The notes below the pieces were generated by a model, which was not told the origin of the DNA, searched no databases, and saw only the letters and a list, made by a program, of their open reading frames with translations. The translations under genes and the position numbers were made by a program. From an uncultured virus (IMG/VR IMGVR_UViG_3300030372_005500) (Duplodnaviria > Heunggongvirae > Uroviricota > Caudoviricetes), in the IMG/VR virus record IMGVR_UViG_3300030372_005500: a stretch of DNA of 64,000 bases. One strand, given 5' to 3'. Below, piece by piece: positions 12,801 through 22,800 of this stretch. The stretch's first letter is position 1. Each line of letters begins with the position of its first letter.

Positions 12801-15800
12801 CAACACATGACTATACCATTTATGGAACTACTACAATAGAGAGTATAGCTACTTTTAACAATGCAAGTACATCTGGAGATTGGATTCACTATGGTACAGT
12901 CATTAATTATGGAGAATATACTATATCTTCAAAAACCAATACATACTATGGAGGAATAATCAATAGAGGAACCTTCAACAGCAACTCTACAGTTACCTTC
13001 GCAGGAACTGGCGGAGTATGGGATGGAGACCTTGCAAGTGCAGATGTAGATATAGATCTTGACGACGCCCTCGACTTTGACGGTGGGTTTGTTACATTAC
13101 CTAATATATCAATTAGCACAGATGTAACCTTCTCTATGTGGGTCAAACCAGATTTTAATTCAGCTGCAACTTCTTATGCAATGTTGGGGCAAGGCACAAA
13201 CGACACAGATAGGATATATCTGCAAATTGTCAATAACCAAGCCAGAATAAATATGCAAGTAGATAATGCAGATTGCTGGTCTAATTATGTAGACATAGGA
13301 GATTACAGTTGGATGCACGTAGCAATAGTAAGAGACAATACATCAGGAGATAATCAATTCTATATTAATGGAATAGATGCAGGAGTCAATACTAATAAGC
13401 CAGCGTATGGTATAGATATAGGAAACATTGGCGCTCATGATGGCGGCACACATCCATTTGATGGAACTATAGCAGATGTAAGAATATATACATCAAAATT
13501 GAATGCAACAGAACTATCAACATTAAACTCTTCTATCGGAGTTCCAACTACAGTAGCTCCTATACACTGGTATAAGTTAGATGATGGGGCTGGCAATCCA
13601 CAAGATTCCGCAGGAACCAACCATGCATCAGCAAATACTGCAACATGGATAGACTCTCCATACAGCATAATGCCACAAGGTTCAGCAACAACATCTGGAG
13701 ATGTTGATGTAATAAGCGGAATACTTGATTCTACTTACATGTCTTATGTTGATCTTGATGGTGTTGATGATTATATCCAGCTATCTCAAACAGACCTTGC
13801 AAAGACATCAGACTATACACTTTCTATCTGGTTCAAGACAGATGATGCAACAGCTTCAACATCATGTGCTTCTAACTGTAATAGATTAGAGAATCCATTA
13901 TTTGGTTTCGTATCTGGAGACCCAGCCTATGCGATAGATTACGGAATTGATGGGGGCAAATTAACAATACATCATTACGGAGGTTCAGCATGGGCGCAAG
14001 AACAAGGAGCTACCACAGTTTCAGATGACGTCTGGCACCACGTATCTTTCGTTTATTCAAATCAGACTGCGGACGTATATCTTGACGGAGTCCTGGAAAT
14101 GTCTGGAGTTAGTGCTACACAATCCTCTTCTAATTTTGAATGGGACCAGATAGGGTCCAGCTATGGTGGGAAATATTTCTCAGGAAGTTTAAGAGATGCA
14201 AGGTATGACGATTATACCTTAAGCGCAGAACAGGTGGCTTCACTCTACGGTGGAACATACTTGCCTATTGGACAAAACCAATGGGCACTTGGAGGTAACA
14301 GCCTTGACAATGGTGAAATATTCGCAAGTACTACAGGAAACCCACTGAATGGCTTTGATTACTTTGCAGGAGGATGGTTGCCTAATAATTCTGGATTAAA
14401 CTGCGACCAATTCAAAGAACCAGATAATGGTTCAGTATATGTAAGAACCAGCACTACTGGCCAATACTGTGGTGCAGGAGTTGATTATTCAACACCAGCT
14501 ATGAATCTATATGTAGGAAATGTATTCCAAGCTAAATTCGATTACAATAAAACTTCAGGAACATGTAATGTTACTACTTATGTAGGAAGTGGCCCAGTAG
14601 GAAGTTCAAAAAGCACACCTAACGTAGCTGCATCAGTAGGCGCTAATAACAACTATCATAGAATAACTTCAACCTACCTTAATGGAACATGGGGAAGTGA
14701 GACTAATGGTAATTGTCACTTTGAAATACACAATATGGAATTAATAGGATACACTGGAAACCCAGGATATAATGATGGAGTTACAATAGTTCATACTGAC
14801 TTCGTATTGGAAGGAAGGCTTGACGTTAGTAATAATAGTAAATTTATAGCACCAAGAGGTAACTTAGAATTAAATAGCCATTTAACAGTAGACCTAACTG
14901 CAGATTTCCAACATAATCAAGGAACAGTAGTAATAGATGGGACAGTTGAATTATTCCCATTAGATTATGCTTCTGCAAATGCTCCAATTACTTTCTATAA
15001 TATAACCCATACATCTGGAACTCTTTACATTGAAAGGCCAATAGTTGTAGAAAATACTTATCTTAAGACTGGAGGAAACGCCATTCATTATTCTAAAGCA
15101 ACGTTTGGAACAGAAACGAGTGCAGGTACATTGACAATTAACTCAGGGGAATGGCAAATGTATCCATATTATAATAATGCATATTTGTATGGAGCTTCTG
15201 AATTATTCCCAGTTGTAATAGATGGTAGTGGAATAGTTAATTGGTCACACGCTAACAATCATGAAGTTTATACTAAATGGATAGACTATCAAAATGATGC
15301 AGAGCTTGAAGGAAGGTGTTCTGCAGGTGGCCATTCAACTAAGGGAGCTTGTGAAGGTGCAGGAGAGACTTGGAGTTATACAGTTTTAATTATTGATGGA
15401 ACCAGTTATTTCCAAGATATAGAAGCAAATGGCGGATACCTCGACTTTAATGGACAGCAAGTAACAGTAGATCACATATCAACTAATAATTTCAGTAGAG
15501 TATACAATGGAAGTTCAACTACCGCTGTAGTCTACGCTAAGTCTGCTGAAAGAATAGGAGGGTATATTTTCTGTGTGACTGCAGTATGTGGAGAGGCAGT
15601 TGGAGATATAACTGTCATAATGGTAGATGGTGCAACTGAAAGCACTTCCTTAACATATGGAACCTATATGACAACACTTGCATACAATTTAGGAGACGGC
15701 AAATGCTCTTATGGTAATCAAAAATATCCTACATCACCAAATGCATTACCAGACTTCTTTATAATGAGTGGATGTGTCGAGCATCAGACAGGAGGGACAC

Positions 15801-18800
15801 CAACCAGGACAACTGACGTCACAATAGTTTCTGGCTCTACCTTTGACCTTGACGACAATGGAACCAGAGAACTTGAAATTCATGGAGACATGTATCTCGA
15901 CACAGGATTATTGGGAGAATCTATGTTCTCTAACGATGATACAGACTCAAGAGAATACTATGGATACAATTATGATGATAGGGCTGCATTCGAGAATGAG
16001 AATGTAACTTGGGAGACTTGGGTTAAAGTACAACCAGGAAGTAACGCCTTTACATTATTCCAGATAAATGGCGCATGGGATGACCAGAGACTCTTCATGG
16101 CTGGTGATGGAAAATTAGGATTAGATGTAAACCTATGTTATTCAAGTTGTTCAGATTCTACACACATTTCATCTGACTTTCCGAACCACGGAGACTACAG
16201 CGGTAAAGACTTGTCTGGAGATATAAGAGATGGAACCTGGCATCACATTGTAGTAATAATCGGTTCAGATACTTATCCACAAGTATGGTTAGATGGTGTT
16301 CTTATTGCAAAATGGGATGGTAATCAGCTTGATACCTATGGAAGCCTAAGATCAGACTTAACTGGATATTATATTAATGGAAACTCAACCTATCCAGTAT
16401 ATGTTAATGGATATGCAACAAACGACCCATTAGTCGCAGCATCGGGTGGACAAGGAACCTTTGACATGAGTATGTTCAGAGTATTTGATGGAACAAAGAC
16501 AATAGAAGATATTCGAGCAGATATGTTTAACAGAACTCCAGTAAACAACACAGGAGCAACACTTGTCGCTAACTGGTTATTCACTAAAGGAACTGATTAC
16601 ACTTATGTAAATGACGAGTCTGGAAATGGATATGAATTAGAGCTAAGAAATAATTCAGATGATTCTTCTACAGATGATGCATGGAGACAAAAGTACGGTG
16701 CTAAGACTACTGAAACAAGTGCAGCAGGAAATGAATATTATACAGGAGTATTATTATTCGGAGAAGGTAAGATAACTTTCGACGGTGGAACAACACATAC
16801 ACTGTACATGAAATGCCATCAGTCTTGGAAATCAGCTCATTTCTATGACCTCAACATAACTTCAGGAGATACTGTAAATGCAATTATAGGAGAATATTAT
16901 TCATGTGGAGGAGGAATAGGTATAACTCATAATCTAACAGTAGATGGATTATTAAATTACAGCTCTGCAAGTAGGCTACAATGGATAGGTGCTGATAATG
17001 CAGGAGCTTCAGCATTAGATGGCACTGAAGTATTATCTTCAAGTTCAGACCCAATAACTTCATCTAACCTTACTGGAGGAATGTGGGGAACTACTGGAGG
17101 AAATAATAATGATAAAATGTATTTCCCAGCATATAACAACTATGCAAGTGTATCTCATCAATTTGGAACAATAATTATGACTGGTGATTGGGAAACTGGA
17201 GAATTCTCGTTTGACGGTGGAGATACTTTAGATACAAATGGTTATGACATCCTTACAGTAAGACTCTTTGGTTATAATCCAGATAATTTAATAGTAGGTG
17301 GTGGATCTACAATTACTTTCAGAGATACAACTAATACTGGGTTTAGAAATTGGGGAGGAGACAAAGCTGATTTAGATGCACAGTTCAATGGCTTTGCAGG
17401 AGCACATTTCTATAATGAGAATGGTAGCACCAGATTAGAAGGTTCAACAAATGTTTACACTGGAGCAGATGATATAACTGTCTCAGGTTGGTATCAATTT
17501 AAAGACGGAGGAACATATGATTCTCCTTTAAGCTACGACCCATATGTCAGTATGTGGGGCGTTAATGGAACTGGTGATGGTGGGCTTTCAATAATAGGTA
17601 ACTCTTTCTTAATGTTAGCAAATGGAGGTTGCTTCAGATATTTCTCAAACAGCGATATGGGTGATATCCTTAACGGAGAATGGCACCACGTTGTTGCTTA
17701 CGCAGACTGGGCTGACCCTGACACTTATAGATTATTCGTAGATGGAGTAGAAGTTTCTGGAAATGGTCCAGTAACTGGTTCATGTGGCTCAGTAGATGCA
17801 ACTTCTATGGGTGGTTCGATTACAATAGGTAGTGGAGGATATGGTGCCTTTGAAGGTGGCATTGCAGATGTTAGATTCTTTAGTGGAGATAAGACAGGAG
17901 ATGTAGCAACATTGTATAATAGTGGAAATAATCCAGCCACAAATGAAGGTAACACATTTGCAGACTCTGGTAATTCAATAGGTGCAGACCATTGGTATAA
18001 ATTAAACGAGACAGATGACTTTACAGCAGATGCAAACGACAGCGTAGGAAGTGAAGACTTGACTAAAAGTGGTAAAGTAAATAGTGGAAATGTTGTGGTT
18101 ACTGCAGAGAACCCAGGTTCAAATTATTGGACTTGTTATACTGAAATGACATTTACAGCAAATCACTCCACATTTGAATATTTCCAAAGATGTGGTGATA
18201 GTGCATCCAATCATCAATACGACGTGATAAACAGTACTTTCCAGAACAATCAAGCAGGGTATTTTGCAGTAAATTTAGGAGCTGCGCAAATAGTTAGATT
18301 TAATGAGAATACAGTTTCAGGAAATCAGTATGGTTTTGGTGTAAGGGCCATGTGGTCTGGCAGCTCATATCCCTTATATTTCAATAACAATACAATAAGT
18401 GGATCTATCACAGACGTCTCGGCATTCGATGGAGTTGCAGAATTTAAAAACTCTAACTTTGATATAAGTAAAGTAGCTGGAACTGCAGGAGTAGTTTCCA
18501 TAAATCATAATGATGTTGCTGATTCTTATTACATAGTTAATTCATCTGGGTTCACAGTAAGTCAGTCAAGCATAGACAACAAAGTAGCAACTATAGCACC
18601 AACACATGTTTACGTCTATGAAGGAACATGGAACCTAAATCAGAATGCAAACATTGATACTCTAACATTAGAATTACAATCAGGTGGAGAAGTACACGTT
18701 AATACAGACAATACATGGGGTACAGTAACTCCAGCTAATATTAATTCATATCCAGAGATAGGAACAGGAGCAGTTCTTTATTGGTGGAATTCAGTATTCA

Positions 18801-19837
18801 ATCCAATGGCAATAACACGACATGAAGATGCAGGATTAATTGCAGGTAATATAAACTCAACAGTTAACTATGAAATCTATGGTAAAGCAGACTTTGGCGA
18901 TGCACCAGTAGGATATGCACCAACATCATCAAATGCAATAGTGTTAAGGGCGCCTGATTGTGCTTTACCATTCTTACAATACTGTACAGTATATACTATG
19001 GATAATTCTGATATTGTACAAATGCTAAATTTAACAATCTATAATCATTCAAAGTGGAATCAATTAGAAGGAAGTATCAGTGAATACCATCCAGCAAGCA
19101 CTGGTGTTGAGATTAACCCAGGAGGGCTATGGTCTTTAACAGGTAGTGCGCCTCAAATATCAGAAGCAAGAAGACTATCTTCCTTACCAAATGGAATATG
19201 GAATTTAACTCCTGTAGGATGTAGAACTGATTCAATATTTATTTCTTTAAGTAACATAAGACATGAATTTGAACCATGTGGACAAATACCATACTTTGCA
19301 TTTACAGGCGCAGATGTTTGGCCAGGTAATGATACTGTGTGGTTTGATGGAAAGATATCTGTAACAGATGGAGTACAAATCAACACGCCTTCTGCAATTA
19401 TACTTGGCAATACACTATCAAGTTCACATAACATAAGTGTAATTGTATTAAGTAACATAACACAACCTGAAAACTTAACAGTAGATCTATGGTTTATGAA
19501 AATGGACAATCCAGATACAGTTACAGATGAATGTAATATTGATGATGCAATATCAAAAGGATATTACTGTAATGTCTGGACTAAAGTGTCTATGCTCAAT
19601 CACTTAGATGGAAACTACTCTTATGAATTTACAGCATGGTATCCAGGAGAATACCAATACTTCATGGAGGCGAATGATACTAAGAATGACGTTACGGATT
19701 ACTTTACCTTTAAGATGGTAAAGGCTCCAGGACCATTTGATAAACTGGTAGGATTATTCCCATTGTTTATAACTGTATCATTTGTAGGCGTAGCCGTGCC
19801 TGTTATAACGAGGTTTTTAACTGGAGGTGTAGCATGA
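3830..19837 (+). CDS. Giant (about 5335 aa) membrane-anchored adhesin/spike with about 10 LamG (concanavalin A-like) domains and beta-helix-like spacers
   Basis: Repeated FDG..D / W(H/N/Q)H(V/I) / Y.(D/N)G / F.G.(I/L).D.R.Y LamG motifs; TM segments near both termini; likely start ATG 3830 after GGAGG (ORF track starts at 3794). Confidence 0.85.
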   Translation: MLTLNSTHRWSDTDKQIWSEFVVYFMVYSTILVGFGIASDDSGTMLDSFRFLDNAEERQIEQFLKIVHMWQTNPYMMSLWMGFEHFNTDVVEGYGKKAVNTIKEEVLNPIGSGILGGLSKLSPFGSASAGSVAWDGGGADNNWNTPNNWNPDGVPITGDDVTIDASGTTIILNDHIGGGQTNLGLNSFRIDAGTLNTNDGSNRMFTVTGEVIVIGTINATGSDIFFGGLKIENGGEYIATTATTTITGEIDVSGTKYALWTAYGSTHGNGTFTHSNGTVHFKDTTNTTHPIVQSGGDKFYDVEVTLTGAFPILIAHHNMQTVNGSCSGSADSKTDCEDAGDTWTRGGNFTLHEGKFTDGSNGFHIGGDVLVKDGGFLQNSTSTSQVKYSQTIEVESGGTWKAPTGFYQLNDLSGGAYVINLHDGAMFYHQNGTIELLGGHDSNSYVHFGYTAGYDNHMYNFTIEGDHAGGASDFEAYSHIGIENDFILEKGRWLYWSSYAFEVYGNTIIGGGASASELTCYGACDLDFYGPVTVKENGNVIGNHPSTEAETEMNFHGGLHIAEGISSNDFERPKVMTASSIVNDSGDVWLNLRSGYTNNPILISGGGGTLDGDFDSHSTDGALAFDIDTEAVMDFAGSGDYVEMGDGVSRTWTNGITSSAWIYRTGSDEDFVNVLDASNGFSWSIFADGRIWWYAGDLSTANAQSPTSPSTLRIPENSWQHVALSYNPDTDTMTSYLNGQIFYCWGPSGCGTTATITGTIANGTSNNNIGKWSNSNYNWEGKIADSRLYDEALDISEIQLLASRVYRETPTTPFAWWKLNDTVNAIDNLGSCDGTPSDCDGTAHWDGGNWVYPYTVNIHPGTVLEENVTVSNGTLSGLASSYINFDGTNDILHTSSDFTMSHDNSTISIWVKKDNATGNEDNIMGETDDPNQHWFKIDTNGDIEFRDYGTGSVRCDTAITDTEWHHVVVTLNGDDNGAIYVDGVAQTLTTNAVSADLTFDSFGARGSTTDPFDGKMRDIRVYDVGLSADQVNSLYLNTLLATPQHHWRLDEGSWTGSYDRLDTGYATAAPLNASGATMQNADVHIGNLWIDGADSTFSAPRGELILDGELRTAGALQYYCINEVSGGEYIHNNGKVNFQFLAWDSCIAKFDELNDVEVNLSTTSWRVNWRSDSSDTVVLDGDLELTSGAWRPNVEAQHQTISGRVSVANNATLGWNTTSYSGTWSFGCLRLDSGSYYYATTGTTKITGSDCSSTNSGYYWDNAGGNYFHHGGTVELDTVEGSQWVKNTNADHPFYNFTLTSAGGFSARCNSPFHVENILRVDSNTLDCGNVTELNARTIINNSTISLGSTTLYIHSFYQNGNMNSDGSTEVNFIGTGGVIHGDLGSATIDVELDHALDFDGTGEYVLTPFEWDNDLGSGDATISLWINPDSFEAADYNSPRLIMDGYASGTPRWMFFGCYTENTGWCSVGRTEQYVRFVEHGSNDTLESGDMIAGTWNHIILEYDASETTIKMYQNGIEVDSDTSYSNGFGTASAFLKLGGTSWDDYDGRLADVRVYNSVLSDSDVEKLSSGINRPTLANPLAWYKLNESTGLPQDSSGNAHHVVSDQGADIISSPYSIKLTNTFNTGGDLVITEGTIDSSGLSYLEFDGDNDSVDAGDIDAGTSNLSIAGWFKLSSSDMGGAAGTLIAKGDNSGDRVWTVFYSAGNGVRFALSDSGSAFNDEVTSSAAITDTDWHHFVATYESSTAIKIYIDGELEATNSSGITSALRDTDDDLRIGTNSDSKVDFSGSLSDMRIYDYTLSEEQVHELYGGTFPVTPLYWWKLGGVEYDRNGIISEHGLTSLWNPNGDPSYNGISGTSVGSQWTNAYCDIFTIHQDEENTVTCTENTGGSGWAGFGDGGYTGNTTSIWDQQGHDRIYENEVYVAEFDLIVHPGTDGSGPFKWGLQTSPVGSACASAINITQSPATSGRIVHTYIGNGNASCESSGGLFSVEMQSDGSNTQSFSISNAKLTKYTGAVATMMDFDSDSFSQGAFSVSDVIIQADGHLIAPTDLLRFNGDFHTDGTFTNNEGTLWNVKSGGKINGTVDPVLYKLGCGSNFEIEYSITVEKEINCYAIDLRDSGHQVLLTVGTEMSQGTVRASLVNAPSHSSGSWNIELNSTYKHGIVGASEQFPALIVATREDGNSLIQNSGGGAYITLGDVIVQGTLGKLGNAEHFDITGDVTFEHLYLRSGATFDCNNHDVYFNSLTIVGTFNSGGSCTINQLGAQGHLLGDIGDMDYNVSLDSVFNFDGDDYIKGSDTSLLDFGSSDFTVSVWTNAIYTSQGSSYNTLVTNGEASSTGDGFALNIMANGQIWFKAGGGSYVTTSTGAYANDGTWAHIAGVKNGTELLIYVNGEQVYASNVTNASINNNAAIMIGGDYNSSDNPQGVRRVTGSIADVKIFDDNLSQPEVARMAAYINVSGESSGEPEKLASWWKLTNESFKDSSVDNESLSCDSMIHAACYKEILYPSGTIEQAYPFTIEYRNGSNANGDITVANGTLDLERTSVPEFDGTDDLVNVGDSNAIITGTDVTFSCWVKVDSSHTSVTYLMANQKGSGSTNMSLAINRNDTGTGAGGQVSGFVWNGSTHIFTAYDAGINDNEWHHIVYTTTGSSQALYIDGIQVATASGAFSNSASTDDMSIGAFNAASPSDYLDGIMTDVRVYKHALSEEQAYAVYTNQSPITPDHWWLHQFTSNTAIEDYGTATDSDGVYNGGWSHFSETHNSLQLNKNSIFRAALITTTIDGKNSGNWAVNFEHGFYDGNGGILSLTATGSNINFGNDGTPSHVQYNGSGTSCLAGPPWEQKLTGALFINSGTLELCQDQIYLNASGDGVTVAGGTLDLTGSTGAHKFDKLVITSGTFKAPQYLEIEGSGAGKLTWSGGSFVHNYGTVEVTGNNGTGINIAGTSGNLYNLILNNGECDICSISMLGVSTSAPAIIEGDLTAKRGTIIPNTSTHDYTIYGTTTIESIATFNNASTSGDWIHYGTVINYGEYTISSKTNTYYGGIINRGTFNSNSTVTFAGTGGVWDGDLASADVDIDLDDALDFDGGFVTLPNISISTDVTFSMWVKPDFNSAATSYAMLGQGTNDTDRIYLQIVNNQARINMQVDNADCWSNYVDIGDYSWMHVAIVRDNTSGDNQFYINGIDAGVNTNKPAYGIDIGNIGAHDGGTHPFDGTIADVRIYTSKLNATELSTLNSSIGVPTTVAPIHWYKLDDGAGNPQDSAGTNHASANTATWIDSPYSIMPQGSATTSGDVDVISGILDSTYMSYVDLDGVDDYIQLSQTDLAKTSDYTLSIWFKTDDATASTSCASNCNRLENPLFGFVSGDPAYAIDYGIDGGKLTIHHYGGSAWAQEQGATTVSDDVWHHVSFVYSNQTADVYLDGVLEMSGVSATQSSSNFEWDQIGSSYGGKYFSGSLRDARYDDYTLSAEQVASLYGGTYLPIGQNQWALGGNSLDNGEIFASTTGNPLNGFDYFAGGWLPNNSGLNCDQFKEPDNGSVYVRTSTTGQYCGAGVDYSTPAMNLYVGNVFQAKFDYNKTSGTCNVTTYVGSGPVGSSKSTPNVAASVGANNNYHRITSTYLNGTWGSETNGNCHFEIHNMELIGYTGNPGYNDGVTIVHTDFVLEGRLDVSNNSKFIAPRGNLELNSHLTVDLTADFQHNQGTVVIDGTVELFPLDYASANAPITFYNITHTSGTLYIERPIVVENTYLKTGGNAIHYSKATFGTETSAGTLTINSGEWQMYPYYNNAYLYGASELFPVVIDGSGIVNWSHANNHEVYTKWIDYQNDAELEGRCSAGGHSTKGACEGAGETWSYTVLIIDGTSYFQDIEANGGYLDFNGQQVTVDHISTNNFSRVYNGSSTTAVVYAKSAERIGGYIFCVTAVCGEAVGDITVIMVDGATESTSLTYGTYMTTLAYNLGDGKCSYGNQKYPTSPNALPDFFIMSGCVEHQTGGTPTRTTDVTIVSGSTFDLDDNGTRELEIHGDMYLDTGLLGESMFSNDDTDSREYYGYNYDDRAAFENENVTWETWVKVQPGSNAFTLFQINGAWDDQRLFMAGDGKLGLDVNLCYSSCSDSTHISSDFPNHGDYSGKDLSGDIRDGTWHHIVVIIGSDTYPQVWLDGVLIAKWDGNQLDTYGSLRSDLTGYYINGNSTYPVYVNGYATNDPLVAASGGQGTFDMSMFRVFDGTKTIEDIRADMFNRTPVNNTGATLVANWLFTKGTDYTYVNDESGNGYELELRNNSDDSSTDDAWRQKYGAKTTETSAAGNEYYTGVLLFGEGKITFDGGTTHTLYMKCHQSWKSAHFYDLNITSGDTVNAIIGEYYSCGGGIGITHNLTVDGLLNYSSASRLQWIGADNAGASALDGTEVLSSSSDPITSSNLTGGMWGTTGGNNNDKMYFPAYNNYASVSHQFGTIIMTGDWETGEFSFDGGDTLDTNGYDILTVRLFGYNPDNLIVGGGSTITFRDTTNTGFRNWGGDKADLDAQFNGFAGAHFYNENGSTRLEGSTNVYTGADDITVSGWYQFKDGGTYDSPLSYDPYVSMWGVNGTGDGGLSIIGNSFLMLANGGCFRYFSNSDMGDILNGEWHHVVAYADWADPDTYRLFVDGVEVSGNGPVTGSCGSVDATSMGGSITIGSGGYGAFEGGIADVRFFSGDKTGDVATLYNSGNNPATNEGNTFADSGNSIGADHWYKLNETDDFTADANDSVGSEDLTKSGKVNSGNVVVTAENPGSNYWTCYTEMTFTANHSTFEYFQRCGDSASNHQYDVINSTFQNNQAGYFAVNLGAAQIVRFNENTVSGNQYGFGVRAMWSGSSYPLYFNNNTISGSITDVSAFDGVAEFKNSNFDISKVAGTAGVVSINHNDVADSYYIVNSSGFTVSQSSIDNKVATIAPTHVYVYEGTWNLNQNANIDTLTLELQSGGEVHVNTDNTWGTVTPANINSYPEIGTGAVLYWWNSVFNPMAITRHEDAGLIAGNINSTVNYEIYGKADFGDAPVGYAPTSSNAIVLRAPDCALPFLQYCTVYTMDNSDIVQMLNLTIYNHSKWNQLEGSISEYHPASTGVEINPGGLWSLTGSAPQISEARRLSSLPNGIWNLTPVGCRTDSIFISLSNIRHEFEPCGQIPYFAFTGADVWPGNDTVWFDGKISVTDGVQINTPSAIILGNTLSSSHNISVIVLSNITQPENLTVDLWFMKMDNPDTVTDECNIDDAISKGYYCNVWTKVSMLNHLDGNYSYEFTAWYPGEYQYFMEANDTKNDVTDYFTFKMVKAPGPFDKLVGLFPLFITVSFVGVAVPVITRFLTGGVA

Positions 19838-22800
19838 ATAAGAGTGTAGCTTTTTTTATTGGGTTTATTTTTGTAATGCTACCAGTTGCATCGGCAGGAA
19901 TAATCTATGATGAAGAGACAAGAGAAGTATCAGAGATAGCTGGTAAATGGCTTAACACTTGGGGTGCTCAACCAGATACAAATTGGACAGCAGATGCAGT
20001 CCAGTTAGACGACCAGAACCTATATTTTGGTGACAGTGAAGTAGGTATTGATTATTCTAAACATATGACTATATCTGATGATGGTGCTTATGGTGCAATC
20101 AACTATGCACAGTCTGGGCCAGGTTCAGAATTAAACACTTATTTCGTTAATACAGATGATGGAGCTGGGCAATATTATGGTAAGTCAGCCCTTGCAATGT
20201 CTGATGATGGTAACTACATAATATATGGTGACGAAGAGAATGCTGGAAGTCAAGGTAGTATATTTTTCTTTGGTCTTGAAGAAGGCCCAATATGGTCATT
20301 CAAACTTCCATATGCAGATAATGAAGTTGATGATATAGCTATTTCAGATGATGGAGAATATGCAGCTGTTGCAACAGCAGGAACTGGCGCTAATAGACTT
20401 ATATTCCAAAGAGAAAATAATACTTTAATTCATAATAGTTCAATGGATGAAGCTTGGCTAACAGCAATTTCAGGTAATGGGAAGTATGCAGCATTCACAG
20501 GTGAAAATATTGATGGTGACGACGCAATATACGTACATGATATAGAAAATAATGTAATGGCTTGGGAAGCTGCGTTAGATGATAGGCCTTACGAGGTAAA
20601 GATTTCAGGCGACGGGGAAATCGTTATAGTTGGTTTAGATTCAGGTTCGCATGATGAACTTCAAGTATTTGATTCTGAAGATGGTACTCTACTATGGAGT
20701 GCTAATGCTGCAGATGATGTTCGTGGAATAGATGTGACATATGATCATTCAAAGATTGTTTTCGGAGATTGGGATGGTTATACTTATCTCTATAATGGAA
20801 TAACAGGCACAGAAATCTGGTCTCATATTGGAGATGGCCAAAGGATACGCTGCGAACCGCAAATAAGTAATGACGGTGAGTGGCTTGCAAATTTAAGAAG
20901 TGAACCAGATTCTCTAATGGTTTGGAATTCAGCTTCTTCAACACCAGTCTTGTATAATAATCTTGATGAATTACCATCAGGTTCTGGACTTGAATTAGAT
21001 ATGTCAGATGATGGTCATTATATCGCATTATTTGATTCTGAAGAGCATTTCCATATATTTTATGATGGTAATGATGGATGGCAACAATCAGATTCAATAC
21101 CTATATGGAGTAAACACTCATCAGGTAGTGATGCAGAAATAGTTATCTCTTCGGGTGGTACTTTTGCATTTACTGAAGAAGATGAACAGACTTTAAGCTA
21201 CGGCAAAATACCAATATTTACTAATAGTTATAATCACGATGAACCAATCTATGATGAGATGTGGGCTGATGACGACCATGCAACAGACTTAGCCGACTAT
21301 GAAGCAATAGGAGATTTGGAAGGACTCTATTTATTTGAGGAAGGTGCAGGTACAAGTACAAAAGACTACAGTGGAAACGGTAATGACGGAGTTCTAAATC
21401 CTACAGGAGAACCAGTCTGGAAAAGCGGAAAGATGGGTGGTGGAATAGGATTCGATGGAGTTGATGATTATGTACAGATTGGAGATGAGTTCGATGACTT
21501 AACTGAAATATCATTTGGTGGTTGGGCAAAGGTCGATGCTACAACTGGAGTCACACAAACGATGTTCAGTAAATATTACAGTAAGTTCCGAATAGGAATG
21601 ACTGGTTCTAACTATTACTTTTGTGAATTGAACGGTGGGGCTGCAACATGGAGATATGGCCCTAATGCAGTAGGAACAGAAGGAGAATGGCATCATCATG
21701 TTTGCGTATATAATAAAATTGATGGGTCATTAAAATACTACTATGATGGAATAGACGCCAGCGGTTCTTATTCAGGAGACAATATAGGTTGGGACCCTTC
21801 TGGTGGTGCACAGGTGAATATTGGAGCTCATGCAGGTAGTTCTTGGCATTGGAATGGAGACTTAGATGAGATTTTCCTTTATTCAAATGACCTTTCCGCT
21901 TCAGACGTAGCTGCTCTCTATGCTATTTCACATGACCGTATGGAATCAGGCCTTGTCGGTCACTGGCGCATGGAGGAAGGAACTGGGTCTACAGTTGAAG
22001 ACCTAAGTGGTAATGGTAATGAAGGCACTATTACTGGAGCTACATGGGATACTGGTTACTTTGGTAACGGACTTGACTTTGACGGCAGCACAAATAAAGT
22101 TGAAGTTAGCTCATTTACTAACGCACCTAATACAGCCGTAACGGTTTCTTACTGGATTAATTTAGAATCGCACACAGGAACTTTTGGCGCAATAAATATG
22201 GGCGGTGCAGGAGATCATAGACTATATACAGACGGCAGAATAAATTCAAGAATATGGACTGATGCTGGAGTAGATGAAGCTGAACCTAATCCAGGTGAAT
22301 GGTTAACTAAAAACCAATGGCACCATATTGCATTTACATGGGCTGCAGGAGGCAACCACAATACATATCTAAATGGTGTTCAGGTTGGTTCTGATGCATC
22401 TATTGGAACTGTAATAGACCCAGCATTCGATTCATTTGAAATATTCCCTGAGGCTGGAGGAGATGGGAATGGTAAGATAGATGAAGTTCAAGTATGGTTA
22501 AGAGACCTAACAGCAGCAGAGATAACAGACCTATACAATTTACATTATCACGGAAGTCCCTCAGGAATAGATTCGGCACAATTGGGTAGATACGTCGTTT
22601 CACGAACTAACAGTGGAGAAGGCGGAGGTGGACTTACATTATTCGATACACATTCTGGAACACTTGCAACACCTAAATGGACTGCAGATGTAGGCCCAGG
22701 AGACCTTGTAGGAATTAGTGATAATGCTGCACCAATTATAATTTCAGGAAGCACTAATGGCGAAGTAAAATTACACGACTTAGCAGGAACTGAAAGAATG

